Shown: piece by piece, positions 26,009-35,037 of the stretch
How positions within the stretch are numbered: the first letter of the stretch is position 1
How the letters are laid out: each line of letters starts with the position of its first letter
Assembly (NCBI GenBank): GCA_025359505.1
Contig: JANYHH010000077.1
Coordinates: 64,784-128,783, forward strand
Length of the DNA stretch: 64,000 nt
Source of the DNA: Deinococcales bacterium
GTDB taxonomy: Bacteria; Deinococcota; Deinococci; Deinococcales; JAAFIG01
Direction: 5' to 3'
The notes under the pieces: model-generated
What the model saw: the letters and a program-made list of their open reading frames with translations, nothing else
What the model was told of the DNA's origin: nothing
The model's database searches: none
Translations under genes and position numbers: made by a program

Positions 26009-26554
26009 TCAGTGCGATTTGACGCTCGAGATGAACGGGATGTTGCGGTCGAAATACTCGCGGTCTAAACCGTACCCGTAAACATACGCGTCGGGGATGG
26101 TGAAGCCTAGATATTTGACGGGAACTTCCACTTTTCGTCTCGAGGGTTTGCTGAGGAGCGCGGCAACCTCGAGTGTGGCGGGGTTACGGCCGCTTAAGTA
26201 ATGCAGCAGGTACGTCATCGTCAGTCCGGTGTCGACGATATCTTCGACGAGGATCACATCGCGGTCGTGCAGTGGCAAACTGAGGTCTTTGACGAGCTTG
26301 ACCTCGCCGCTGGTTTTGGTGTCCATGCCGTAACTGCTGACCGCCAAGAAATCCACGGTGATCGGCAAGTGAATTTGGCGACACAGATCTGCCATGAATA
26401 GAAACGCGCCGTTCAACACGCAGATCAGGTGCGGTTTTCGCCCAGCGTAATCGCGGGTGATTGCAACGCCGAGTTCCTTGATGCGCTCGGCAATCTGAAT
26501 TTCGGAAAGTTGAACCTCTCCCTCGCCGATCTCCCACGCGGGCGGGTAACTCAC
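26009..26554 (-). CDS. hpt: hypoxanthine phosphoribosyltransferase
   Basis: PRPP-binding VILVEDIVDTGLT, ICVLNGAFLFMADL and KYLGFTIPDAYVYGYGLD. A GTG start at 26554 gives a normal length of about 181 aa. Confidence 0.9.
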   Translation of the reverse strand: MSYPPAWEIGEGEVQLSEIQIAERIKELGVAITRDYAGRKPHLICVLNGAFLFMADLCRQIHLPITVDFLAVSSYGMDTKTSGEVKLVKDLSLPLHDRDVILVEDIVDTGLTMTYLLHYLSGRNPATLEVAALLSKPSRRKVEVPVKYLGFTIPDAYVYGYGLDREYFDRNIPFISSVKSH

Positions 26555-26721
26555 TGAAATTTCTTTCGCTGCGCGAAACTGCGCGAGAACAAGTAAATCC
26601 CAGCCGCAATCACGACAATGCCAACCAGCGGGTACTGCACCAGTAAAAACGGCATCAGCACGCACAGCACCAGTGAGACAATTAAGAAAAACAAGGCCCG
26701 AACAAAAAACATCGCATTCAT
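26551..26721 (-). CDS. small (56 aa) two-TM membrane protein, translationally coupled to hpt
   Basis: It is too short for the ORF track. It reads MNAMFFVRALFFLIVSLVLCVLMPFLLVQYPLVGIVVIAAGIYLFSRSFAQRKKFQ, and its TGA overlaps the hpt GTG as GTGA. Confidence 0.4.
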   Translation of the reverse strand: MNAMFFVRALFFLIVSLVLCVLMPFLLVQYPLVGIVVIAAGIYLFSRSFAQRKKFQ

Positions 26722-26927
26722 GCGCTTCAGTTTAGCGTGTCACCACCGGATCTGACCAGCTATTCATCACGAAACTTGACCGACCTCGAGCTTTGAACCT
26801 CGAGCCGCGCTGATCCACGTGCTCAAGCGACCCATGTCTTGCACCTTACGGGGGCTTTCACGAGCGGCGGTGTACAGTTAGCACAGCAGCAGGCTCGAGG
26901 GGCATCCTTCGGGCATTGGAGGTCACA

Positions 26928-27263
26928 ATGGGTAAATACGTTGAGTTGAACGATGCGAATTTCGATGGCAATACGGCAACTGGGTTGACGTTAGTGGATT
27001 TCTGGGCCCCGTGGTGCGGGCCGTGCCGTGCGGTTGCGCCAACGATTGAGAAATTGGCCGAGGAATACGAAGGCAAAGTCACGATTGGTAAGTTGAACGT
27101 CGACGACAACCAGATTGCCGCGAAGTTCCGCGTGATGAGCATTCCGACGGTGATTTTATTCAAAGACGGTCAACCGGCTGAAATGTACGTCGGTGCGGAC
27201 ATCAGCGGCAACAAATACCGCCAGATGATCGCTAAGCACTTGCCTGTCGCAGCAACAAACTAA
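26928..27263 (+). CDS. trxA: thioredoxin
   Basis: WAPWCGPCR active site, GGAGG RBS at 26917-26921, intrinsic terminator downstream. Confidence 0.92.
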   Translation: MGKYVELNDANFDGNTATGLTLVDFWAPWCGPCRAVAPTIEKLAEEYEGKVTIGKLNVDDNQIAAKFRVMSIPTVILFKDGQPAEMYVGADISGNKYRQMIAKHLPVAATN

Positions 27264-27283
27264 TTCAGGCGGTGGCAACGAGA

Positions 27284-27311
27284 AGCGTCCCAGATTTGGG
27301 GCGCTTTTTTG
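27284..27311 (+). terminator. rho-independent terminator of trxA
   Basis: GCGTCCCA-gatt-TGGGGCGC stem (one G-U pair) followed by TTTTTT. Confidence 0.75.
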
Positions 27312-27521
27312 CTATATGGCTGCTCGAGATTGACACTGGCTCGCCACCCTCTGAAGAATTTGCTCGAGGTTGGCCGCGAACTCGAGTGACCGCAAATCCC
27401 TTTCTCAAAGGCATCTCGAGTTTGCTCCATTCGAGCAATGACTGTGCAGTATTGGCGTGACGACCCACTCAGAACACACGAACAAAGAGGACTCGAGCTT
27501 GCACCCGCGCAGTCCTCCCCT

Positions 27522-28646
27522 TTAAGGCTGCTCGAGCAGTTCGCGCTCGAGGGTTTCAGCGCACAGCAAGGCAATCCCGATCAGCCCAGCGTCGCGCCCG
27601 AGACTGGAAATCTCTAGTGGTGCGGGCAGTCCGACGCGCTCGAGCATCAATCGCAGTGGCTCAAGCACCAGTTCTTTGGTGTGCGGGAACTCTTCGCGCA
27701 GCACGATGCGTTCCGGGTCGATCACGGCGATGATCCCGGCGACCGCCAGCGCCAGGTGCTCGACCGCTTTTTGCACGGCGCTCGCAGCCCGCTTTTGACC
27801 TCGAGCGGCCGCGTGGAAGATTTCAGCCTCCCAGTTCGGCGCGTTCGGGTCTGGGCTGGCGGCTTTGAGCGCCTCGAAGAACCCGTAGGCCAGCGCCCCC
27901 ATGCGCGGTTTGGTGCTGAACCCAGATAGTGTGGGCGGCAAGTAACTGAGTTCCCCAGCCGCGCCGCGTGCGCCGCGCAACAAGCGTCCAGACGCGACGA
28001 TGCCCGCACCGATGCCGAAGGCGAAAATCATCAACGCGAAATTGTCCGTACCGCGCCCGCGTCGCAGTTCGCCCCAAGCGGCGCTACGTGCGTCGTTTTC
28101 TAAAATCACGGGCAGCCCGAGCAGGCGCTCGACGGTGCGGCGCTCGAGCGTTTTCAAACCGAACAACCAACTGCGTTCCAGCGCGTCAAACGGGGTGACG
28201 ATGCCCGGAGCGCAAATACCGACGCGTCGCGCCTCTGGAAAATGCTGCGTCACCTCCCTCAGGTGATCCAGCGCCGCAGCGCGACTGAGTTTGGAGAAGC
28301 TGTAAAGCGAGATCGTTTCCAGTTCACGCAATCGCGCCCCGTGTAAATCAAACAGCGCAGCCCTGACGCTCGAGCCGCCCAGATCGATCCCCAACACGGC
28401 ATTGGCTACGGGCGTGATCCGAACCGTCCGGGCCGGTCGTCCCGCACCGCGCTGCGCTTTGGCAGCCTCGAGCAGGTGCTGGCGCTCCAATCGCTCAACA
28501 GCCGCGATGACCGTCGGCAGACTCAGCCCGGTGATCTGCGCCAGTTGCGGTTGCGACAGCATTTTGCTGCTCCGCAAAGCCTCGTAAACCCGCACGTGAG
28601 CGCGAGGCGCAACGGGTGGAGTGATGAGCACACTTGACCTTAGCAT
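27522..28646 (-). CDS. ROK family transcriptional regulator
   Basis: N-terminal wHTH (LSQPQLAQITGLSLPTVIAAVERLERQHLL) followed by the ROK sugar-kinase fold (GIDLGGSSVRAAL...). Confidence 0.85.
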   Translation of the reverse strand: MLRSSVLITPPVAPRAHVRVYEALRSSKMLSQPQLAQITGLSLPTVIAAVERLERQHLLEAAKAQRGAGRPARTVRITPVANAVLGIDLGGSSVRAALFDLHGARLRELETISLYSFSKLSRAAALDHLREVTQHFPEARRVGICAPGIVTPFDALERSWLFGLKTLERRTVERLLGLPVILENDARSAAWGELRRGRGTDNFALMIFAFGIGAGIVASGRLLRGARGAAGELSYLPPTLSGFSTKPRMGALAYGFFEALKAASPDPNAPNWEAEIFHAAARGQKRAASAVQKAVEHLALAVAGIIAVIDPERIVLREEFPHTKELVLEPLRLMLERVGLPAPLEISSLGRDAGLIGIALLCAETLERELLEQP

Positions 28647-28655
28647 CAAAACTTA

Positions 28656-28671
28656 CTAAAGTGTAGTTTAG
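28656..28671. promoter_or_regulatory. candidate operator in ROK / sugar-ABC divergent region
   Basis: The inverted repeat CTAAA-gtgtag-TTTAG lies in the AT-rich 130-nt divergent spacer. Confidence 0.3.
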
Positions 28672-28778
28672 AAATTTTCAATCAGCGGCCACCCTCGAGA
28701 CCCACACGCTCGAGGAATCGGCATTCAAACAGCAGCGCTTCAGCGCTGATGTTATCAGTTCCTCAAGGAGATATGCGT

Positions 28779-30083
28779 ATGAGAAAACGGCTCGCAACAC
28801 TGGTGACTTTCGGGATCGCAGCGGGCATCACGGGCTTGGTCAGTGCACAGTCCCCGGCCGCACCCGCGACCAATCCTTTAAAAGGCAACCCCGATTTGAA
28901 GGGCGAAATCACCGTTTTTAGTTGGGCCGAAGCCAGTTACAGCAGCGTTCTACCAGACTTCAACAAGCTCTATCCAAACATCAAAGTCAAATTCGCCACG
29001 GTCGGCTACGCCGATGCGTACCCAAAGATCACCGCAAGTCTGGCGGGCAACGTGCCGCTGGCCGATGTCGTGATGATCGAAAGCGAGCGCGTCGAGATTT
29101 ACGGTACGCGCTTCCCGAATGCCTTCACTGATTTGAGCAACTGGGGCAGCAAATTTGAGCGCAATTTCGACCGCACAAAGTGGACGCAGAGCGTCGTTAA
29201 AGGCAAACTGATCACCATGCCAACCGACGCCGCGCCAGTCGGCATGTGGTATCGCAGCGACCTGTTTGATAAGGCTGGCATCAACCCGCAAAGCATTAAA
29301 ACGTGGAACGATTACCTAGAAGCGGGTAAGAAAATCGTCGCTGCCAATCCCGGCGTGAAGATGTCTGGCATTGACGCCACGGGTTCAGAGACGCTGATGC
29401 GGATCCTGATTCAGCAACAAGGCAGTTTTTACATTGACGGTGACGGCAAGATTGCTGTGAACAGCCCAAAAATGGTACGGGCGCTGAGCTTCGTGAAGTC
29501 CGCTTGGGACGCTGGGATTTTGCTGAACGTGCAAGGTACGGACGGACTGATCGGCTCGATCAAGGCCAGTCGCGTTGCGGCCGTCAACCTGCCCGTCTGG
29601 ATGATCGGGGTCTTCAAAGGCTACGCCCCAGAACAAAAAGGCAAGTGGGGCGTGGTTCAAGTGCCCGCGCTGACCGTCGGTGGCGGACAAAGCGCTTACA
29701 TCGGTGGCAGCACCCTAGCCATTCCCGCCAACAGCCCGAACAAGGACGCGGCTTGGGCATTTGTCGAGTGGTACACGACTTACGGCTCCAAGAATGTCTT
29801 AGAGAAGCGCGGCTCGTGGCCAAGCTTCCTGCCCAGCCTGCAAGCCCCGGTGCTGAACGCGCAAGACAATTTCTTTGCGACACCCAACGTCTTCGCGCCA
29901 TTCAAACAAAGCGCTTTTCTGGGCCGCCCGCTGAAATACTCGAGCGATTACGATAAGGCAGTAGCCGCCGTCGTCACCGCGCAAGCCAGCGTGCTGACGG
30001 GTGGGCAGAATGTCAAAGCCGCACTGGACAAAGCAGCCAACGACCTGAAAAACCAGACTGGGCGCGAGATCGCCGGGCAGTGA
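28779..30083 (+). CDS. sugar ABC transporter substrate-binding protein (family 1)
   Basis: AAGGAG RBS 8 nt before ATG 28779, signal peptide, and typical ITVFSWAE...YPNIKVKF...WYRSDLF pattern. Confidence 0.85.
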   Translation: MRKRLATLVTFGIAAGITGLVSAQSPAAPATNPLKGNPDLKGEITVFSWAEASYSSVLPDFNKLYPNIKVKFATVGYADAYPKITASLAGNVPLADVVMIESERVEIYGTRFPNAFTDLSNWGSKFERNFDRTKWTQSVVKGKLITMPTDAAPVGMWYRSDLFDKAGINPQSIKTWNDYLEAGKKIVAANPGVKMSGIDATGSETLMRILIQQQGSFYIDGDGKIAVNSPKMVRALSFVKSAWDAGILLNVQGTDGLIGSIKASRVAAVNLPVWMIGVFKGYAPEQKGKWGVVQVPALTVGGGQSAYIGGSTLAIPANSPNKDAAWAFVEWYTTYGSKNVLEKRGSWPSFLPSLQAPVLNAQDNFFATPNVFAPFKQSAFLGRPLKYSSDYDKAVAAVVTAQASVLTGGQNVKAALDKAANDLKNQTGREIAGQ

Positions 30084-30102
30084 TGTAAACGCCTGTAGCG
30101 GC

Positions 30103-30139
30103 GGCTCGAGGTGTGAACATCTGTAAAGCTCCTCGAGCC
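30103..30139 (+). other. intercistronic hairpin after the SBP gene
   Basis: GGCTCGAGG-19 nt-CCTCGAGCC forms a 9-bp stem 20 nt after the stop codon. No U-tract. It may act as an mRNA stabiliser or attenuator. Confidence 0.35.
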
Positions 30140-30242
30140 ACCGAATGAATGCGCCCGTCAAAAGATTCAATCTCGAGCCGCTCCAGCTTTGAACAAGTCT
30201 CGAGCAAACCAAGCCCCATTCAGATGCGGCGGAGTCCACGAC

Positions 30243-30347
30243 TTACTGATAACGGCATGATTCGGTTCACTCACGCCTCCGACGGAAACGCACCAAATTG
30301 CGCTGTATCCTTAACCTGAAGTTACCGAACTCAGTAGCATGATTGAA
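30243..30347 (-). mobile_element. MITE-like / small noncoding repeat, copy 2 (inverted)
   Basis: It is the reverse complement of copy 1. It lies in the SBP-permease spacer and reaches the permease ATG. Confidence 0.6.
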
Positions 30348-31238
30348 TCTCGCGCACTCCTCCCCTCGAGCCGCCGCTTGCAACGCACCCGGTTGACGCC
30401 GTTCGCGTTCCTGATGCCCGCACTGGTGCTGTACGCACTGTTCACCGCGTACCCAGTTGCCCGCGCCTTCGTATTGAGCGTGCAACGCAACGTCGATGGC
30501 GAGGTGCGTTTCTCTGGACTGGCGCAGTACCAGCGCTTGCTGAGCGACGATGTTTTTCGGCAAGCGCTGTTCAACACGCTGATTTTTTTAGTCGCCCAAG
30601 TTCCCGTGATGCTGATCGCGGCGCTGCTGATCGCCGTGGCACTCAACTCGCCGCACTTCCCGTTTCGCAGCGCCCTTCGCAGCGCGTACTTCCTGCCGAG
30701 CATCATGAGCCTCGTCGCGGTTGGAACGCTGTTTCGGGTGCTGCTGAACGAGGATTTGGGTTTGGTGAATTACGTGCTGCGCGAATTTGGGCTGGCGGGC
30801 GTGCCGTGGATCACCCATCCGTGGTGGGCGAAAATCACCGTGATGCTGCTGTTGACGTGGCGCTACACCGGCTTCATGATGGTGATTTACTTGGCTGGAT
30901 TGCAAAATATCCCGCCTGAACTCTACGAAGCCGCTCAGATCGACGGAGCTGAGCCAGTGCAGTCTTTTTGGCACATCACCCTGCCGCTGCTGCGCCCGAC
31001 GATTCTGTTTACAACCGTGCTGTCGACCATTAGCGTGCTGCAAATCTTCGACGAAGCACTGATCGTCACGCGGGGCGGGCCCGCCAACGAAACCCTGACG
31101 ATCGGCTTGTACCTCTACCAGACGGTTTTCTCGAGCGTGGATTTCCACTATGCGGCTGCGATCTCGGTGGTGTTGGTCGTGGTGATTGGGGCGCTGGCGG
31201 TGCTGCAACTCAAAGCCGGCGAGCGAGGACAAACGTGA
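30339..31238 (+). CDS. carbohydrate ABC transporter permease (MalF/UgpA-like)
   Basis: Six TM segments. EAA loop: YEAAQIDGAEPVQSFWHITLPLLRP. Confidence 0.9.
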   Translation: MIESRALLPSSRRLQRTRLTPFAFLMPALVLYALFTAYPVARAFVLSVQRNVDGEVRFSGLAQYQRLLSDDVFRQALFNTLIFLVAQVPVMLIAALLIAVALNSPHFPFRSALRSAYFLPSIMSLVAVGTLFRVLLNEDLGLVNYVLREFGLAGVPWITHPWWAKITVMLLLTWRYTGFMMVIYLAGLQNIPPELYEAAQIDGAEPVQSFWHITLPLLRPTILFTTVLSTISVLQIFDEALIVTRGGPANETLTIGLYLYQTVFSSVDFHYAAAISVVLVVVIGALAVLQLKAGERGQT

Positions 31239-32077
31239 AGCGGCGCTGGTCATTCGCGCAAACGCTGGCATTGATCGTCGTGGCACTTGGAGCGCTGCTG
31301 GCGGTTTTTCCGTTCTACTGGATGTTCAGCGCCGCGACGCGACTCTCGAGCGAGGTGCTGGGCATCCCGCCGCGCTTAGACATCGGGAGTGCTCTGCTCA
31401 CCAACCTCGAGACGCTGGTCGGTAAGGGTTTCCTGCTGGCGGCTTGGAACTCAGCCTTCATCGCCCTGACCACGACTGCGTTGACGGTGCTGGTCTCGAG
31501 CATGGCGGGTTTCGCGTTCACGCAGTACCGCTTCGGCGCTCGGGAGCCGCTGTTCGCTTTCTTTTTGGTGACGTTGATCGTCCCGCCGCAGGTGACGATT
31601 GTGCCGCTGTTTCAACTGATGGCGGGGCAAAATCCGCTCGGGCTGAACCTGCTGGGCACGCCGTGGGCGATTATTTTGCCAGCGCTCAGCAACAGCTTCG
31701 CTATTTTTTTCTGCCGTCAAACCTTTCAGAAATACCCGCCAGAACTGAGCGACGCGGCTCGAGTCGATGGGGCGAACGAATGGCAGGTCTACTGGCAAGT
31801 TGCCATGCCCAGCGTCCGCTCGTCGCTGGCCGCGCTGAGCGTCTTCGTGTTTTTAGGGCAATGGAATAGCTTTTTCCTGCCGCTGATCATGAACGGCAAC
31901 AACGATGCTGGGCGCACTTTGCCGCTGGCGATCTCGGCATTGATCGGCGAGAACAGCGTCGATTACGGCGCGTTGATCGCGGGAACAGCACTGTCGGTGC
32001 TGCCGGTGCTGGTGTTTTTCCTGTTCGCACAACGCCTGTTCGTCAGCGGCGCGTTGTCGGGATCAGTCAAGGGTTAA
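31235..32077 (+). CDS. carbohydrate ABC transporter permease (MalG/UgpE-like)
   Basis: EAA loop SDAARVDGANEWQVYWQVAMPSVRS. There is a 4-nt overlap with the upstream permease. Confidence 0.9.
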   Translation: MKRRWSFAQTLALIVVALGALLAVFPFYWMFSAATRLSSEVLGIPPRLDIGSALLTNLETLVGKGFLLAAWNSAFIALTTTALTVLVSSMAGFAFTQYRFGAREPLFAFFLVTLIVPPQVTIVPLFQLMAGQNPLGLNLLGTPWAIILPALSNSFAIFFCRQTFQKYPPELSDAARVDGANEWQVYWQVAMPSVRSSLAALSVFVFLGQWNSFFLPLIMNGNNDAGRTLPLAISALIGENSVDYGALIAGTALSVLPVLVFFLFAQRLFVSGALSGSVKG

Positions 32078-32193
32078 AGGACGTATCAAGTCTCGAGAGC
32101 TTTGAACGCACAGTAAAGCACTTCGAGTCATCACTGGGCGCGACCCTCGAGAGTCAAGCAGCATCACCGATCTCACCGCTATAGAGGAGCGTT

Positions 32194-34344
32194 ATGACCA
32201 CCAACAACGATCAGTCGCCGTTGCCGCAATCCGACCTCGAGACTCGAGCGCTGGAGTTGCTGTCGCAGATGACGCTGAATGAAAAAATAGCGAATCTGTC
32301 TGGTTCCACGCCGTTCTGGTCTGGACTGGCGGATATCCTCGGTGGCGCTTACAACCGCCACACGTGGGACGCGGGGCATACGCAGCGCCTTGGGTTGGAC
32401 GGCATCCGCTTCACGGACGGCCCACGCGGCATCGTCATCGGACAGGCCACGACCTTTCCGGTCAGCATGGCCAGAGGCGCGACGTGGGACGTTGACTTGG
32501 AGCGCCGGATCGGGGAGGCGATGGGCAGGGAGGCTCGAGCGGTCGGGGCGAACCTGTTCGGTGGCGTGTGCATCAACTTGTTGCGTCACCCCGCTTGGGG
32601 ACGCGCTCAGGAAACCTACGGCGAGGACTCGCATCTGCTGGCAGAGTTTGGTGTGGCGCTCACAGTCGGGGCGCAGCATCACGTGATGGCGTGCGTCAAA
32701 CATTTCGCGCTCAACAATATGGAAAACGCTCGCTTCAGCATCGACGTGCAAGCCTCCTCTCGAGTGCTGCACGAGGTTTACCTGCCGCATTTCAAGCGGG
32801 TCGTCGACGCGGGCGTGGCTTGCGTGATGAGCGCCTACAACAGCGTCAACGGGCAATGGGCTGGGCACTCGAGTGAATTGCTGACCGAGATTCTCAAAAC
32901 CCGTTGGGGCTTTGGCGGTTTCGTCGTCACCGATTGGATTTTCGGGATGCGCGACTCACGGCTGGCTATGCTCGGCGGACAGGATCTCGAGATGCCGTTT
33001 CAAATGCACCACCACCGCGATTTGCAGCGGCTGGTCGAAGCGGGTGAAGTCTCAGTGGCTCGGATTGACGACGCGAACCTGCGGATGCTGCGAATGCAAC
33101 TGCATTTCACGCAATCTGACACCGTGGACGTGAGCGTGATGGGGTCATCGGCGCACCGGCAACTGGCGCTCGAGGCGGCGCAAAAGAGTATTGTGCTGCT
33201 GAAAAACGCGGGTGATCTGCTGCCGCTCCGCAGCGATACAAGGCTGGCGGTGATCGGAGCATTGGCGGCGATCCCCAACACGGGCGATGGCGGGTCATCC
33301 AATACCGTGTCTCAGCACATCGTCACGCCGCTCGAGGGCGTGCAGGCTGGGTTCACGCAGGTCACCTACGACGACGGTCAGGATCTCGAGCGAGCTAAAA
33401 TGCTGGCTCGCTCGAGCGAAGCTGTGCTGCTGGTCGTTGGCTACACCAAAGCCGACGAGGGCGAGTTCGTCTCGCCCGACACCACCAGCGGGCTGCGGAG
33501 TTTGTTTCCCGCCCCAACCTCGCCCACAGAGATTGAGATTGCTGGGCTTGTCGCCAGCGGACTGGCGGCTCGAGCCGAAGCCAGCGGTGCATTTTCACGC
33601 GGCGGTGATCGCGCCAGTTTGCATTTGAACTCCAGCGACGAAGCGTTGATTCAGGCCGTGGCGAGTGCCAACCAGAACGTCATCGTCGCCGTTATGGCCG
33701 GCAGCGCCGTGTTGATGAACGCTTGGGAGGACGCGGTGAGCGCGATTGTCTTGCTGTGGTATCCGGGCATGGAGGGCGGGCACGCACTGAGCGACGTATT
33801 GCTTGGGCGCGTCAACCCAAGCGGGAAACTGCCATTCAGCATCGCCAAAACCGACGCGCACTACCCATATTTCGACCGCGATGCGGTGAGTGTCACCTAC
33901 GACCTTTGGCACGGCTACCGCAAGCTGGAACGCGACGGGAACCCAGCCGCCTACCCGTTCGGCTTTGGATTGAGCTACACCACTTACGCCTACAGTGACT
34001 TGCGGCTCGAGCAGCAACAGAGCAGCGTGACGGCGACGGTGCGAGTGACGAACACGGGACGAAATGCGGGAGAGGAAATCGTTCAGCTTTACGTGTCCGC
34101 ACTGGATTCTGCGGTCGAGCGGCCCGTCAAGGAACTGAAAGCCTTCGCCAGAATCGCGTTGCAGCCTTTAGAGTCCAAACGTGTCTCGCTTAACGTGCTG
34201 ACCTCGAGCCTCGAGTATTTCGACGAGCTACTTGGTGAATTTATCTTAGAACCTAGGGAGTACGAATTTATTGTCGCTCAACATTCAGCGGACGCGAATG
34301 CGCTGCGCGGCAAAATCCGCTTAGGCGAACGCGGGGATACGTGA
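32194..34344 (+). CDS. glycoside hydrolase family 3 beta-glucosidase
   Basis: KHFALNNMEN, the GFVVTDW nucleophile region, and a C-terminal Fn3-like domain (VRVTNTGRNAGEEIVQLYV). Confidence 0.9.
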   Translation: MTTNNDQSPLPQSDLETRALELLSQMTLNEKIANLSGSTPFWSGLADILGGAYNRHTWDAGHTQRLGLDGIRFTDGPRGIVIGQATTFPVSMARGATWDVDLERRIGEAMGREARAVGANLFGGVCINLLRHPAWGRAQETYGEDSHLLAEFGVALTVGAQHHVMACVKHFALNNMENARFSIDVQASSRVLHEVYLPHFKRVVDAGVACVMSAYNSVNGQWAGHSSELLTEILKTRWGFGGFVVTDWIFGMRDSRLAMLGGQDLEMPFQMHHHRDLQRLVEAGEVSVARIDDANLRMLRMQLHFTQSDTVDVSVMGSSAHRQLALEAAQKSIVLLKNAGDLLPLRSDTRLAVIGALAAIPNTGDGGSSNTVSQHIVTPLEGVQAGFTQVTYDDGQDLERAKMLARSSEAVLLVVGYTKADEGEFVSPDTTSGLRSLFPAPTSPTEIEIAGLVASGLAARAEASGAFSRGGDRASLHLNSSDEALIQAVASANQNVIVAVMAGSAVLMNAWEDAVSAIVLLWYPGMEGGHALSDVLLGRVNPSGKLPFSIAKTDAHYPYFDRDAVSVTYDLWHGYRKLERDGNPAAYPFGFGLSYTTYAYSDLRLEQQQSSVTATVRVTNTGRNAGEEIVQLYVSALDSAVERPVKELKAFARIALQPLESKRVSLNVLTSSLEYFDELLGEFILEPREYEFIVAQHSADANALRGKIRLGERGDT

Positions 34345-35037
34345 ACTGCTCCCCCGAAAAATCTGCAAATTCACTGCTCGAGCGGTCAATTCCGAGCAGT
34401 GGTCAGGGATGGCGTTGTGGCCGCTGGAGACGGTTTGACCTCGAGTACAGGCGCGGGTGAACTCCGTAAGATTTCCGAAAAAAGTTCCTGAGGTATTTTC
34501 TGCTCGTTTTCAGCGTCGAGCGATGAGTCGAGGTTAGTTCTCGAGCGCGTAACACAAGCAGTTGCCCATTTTTCGTATGCCCATGCGTGGAGTGCCGACC
34601 GTATTCGCCTGCATAAAAAAGCTGTAAATCTCGAGCGTAGCGAGCACGGCTTTTACAGTTCTCGAATGACCCGCAGCCGATCCCATGAACGTGAAATCAG
34701 CAATACGATAACAGGGACTGGTTTTGCACGTCGCGGCGCAGTAACCGCTCGTGCAGCTCGAGCCGCGATGCGCTGGCGCGGCAGCACCACCTCGCGCAAC
34801 CCGTTTGAGCGTCAGCGGCTCGAGTACCTGAGGCGATTATCTGTCAAGCACGGGCTGGGCGAGATACCGCCGAAAAACCATTTCACTGTCTTGTCATGAT
34901 GGCGCGGCTCGAGACCCAGCGCATTGCGTTGACAAGTCGTTGATCTGAATCAGCGTGTCTGCTTTGTGGAATCCTCGGCCATCGACAAAAACGCCGACTG
35001 CGGTAGGAAATTAGCGGTTGCCCTCGAGCGTCCCGCG

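Noticed and set aside
26555-26665. N-terminal extension of hpt (218-aa ORF)
   Set aside because: The extension has no similarity to Hpt proteins and overlaps a better small membrane ORF in another frame. The GTG at 26554 gives the canonical length.
30588-32868. Minus-strand ORFs of 232 aa (30588-31286) and 229 aa (32179-32868)
   Set aside because: They are antisense to the ABC permease and GH3 genes, very His/Arg/Gln-rich and low in complexity, so I treat them as shadow ORFs.
34345-35037. 693-nt intergenic region: possible tRNA, ncRNA or small gene (including the 77-aa ORF 34666-34899)
   Set aside because: I could fold no cloverleaf. The 77-aa ORF is highly basic (Arg-rich), lacks an RBS and resembles no family. 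Only modest hairpins are present (for example 34372-34401). I leave it unannotated.
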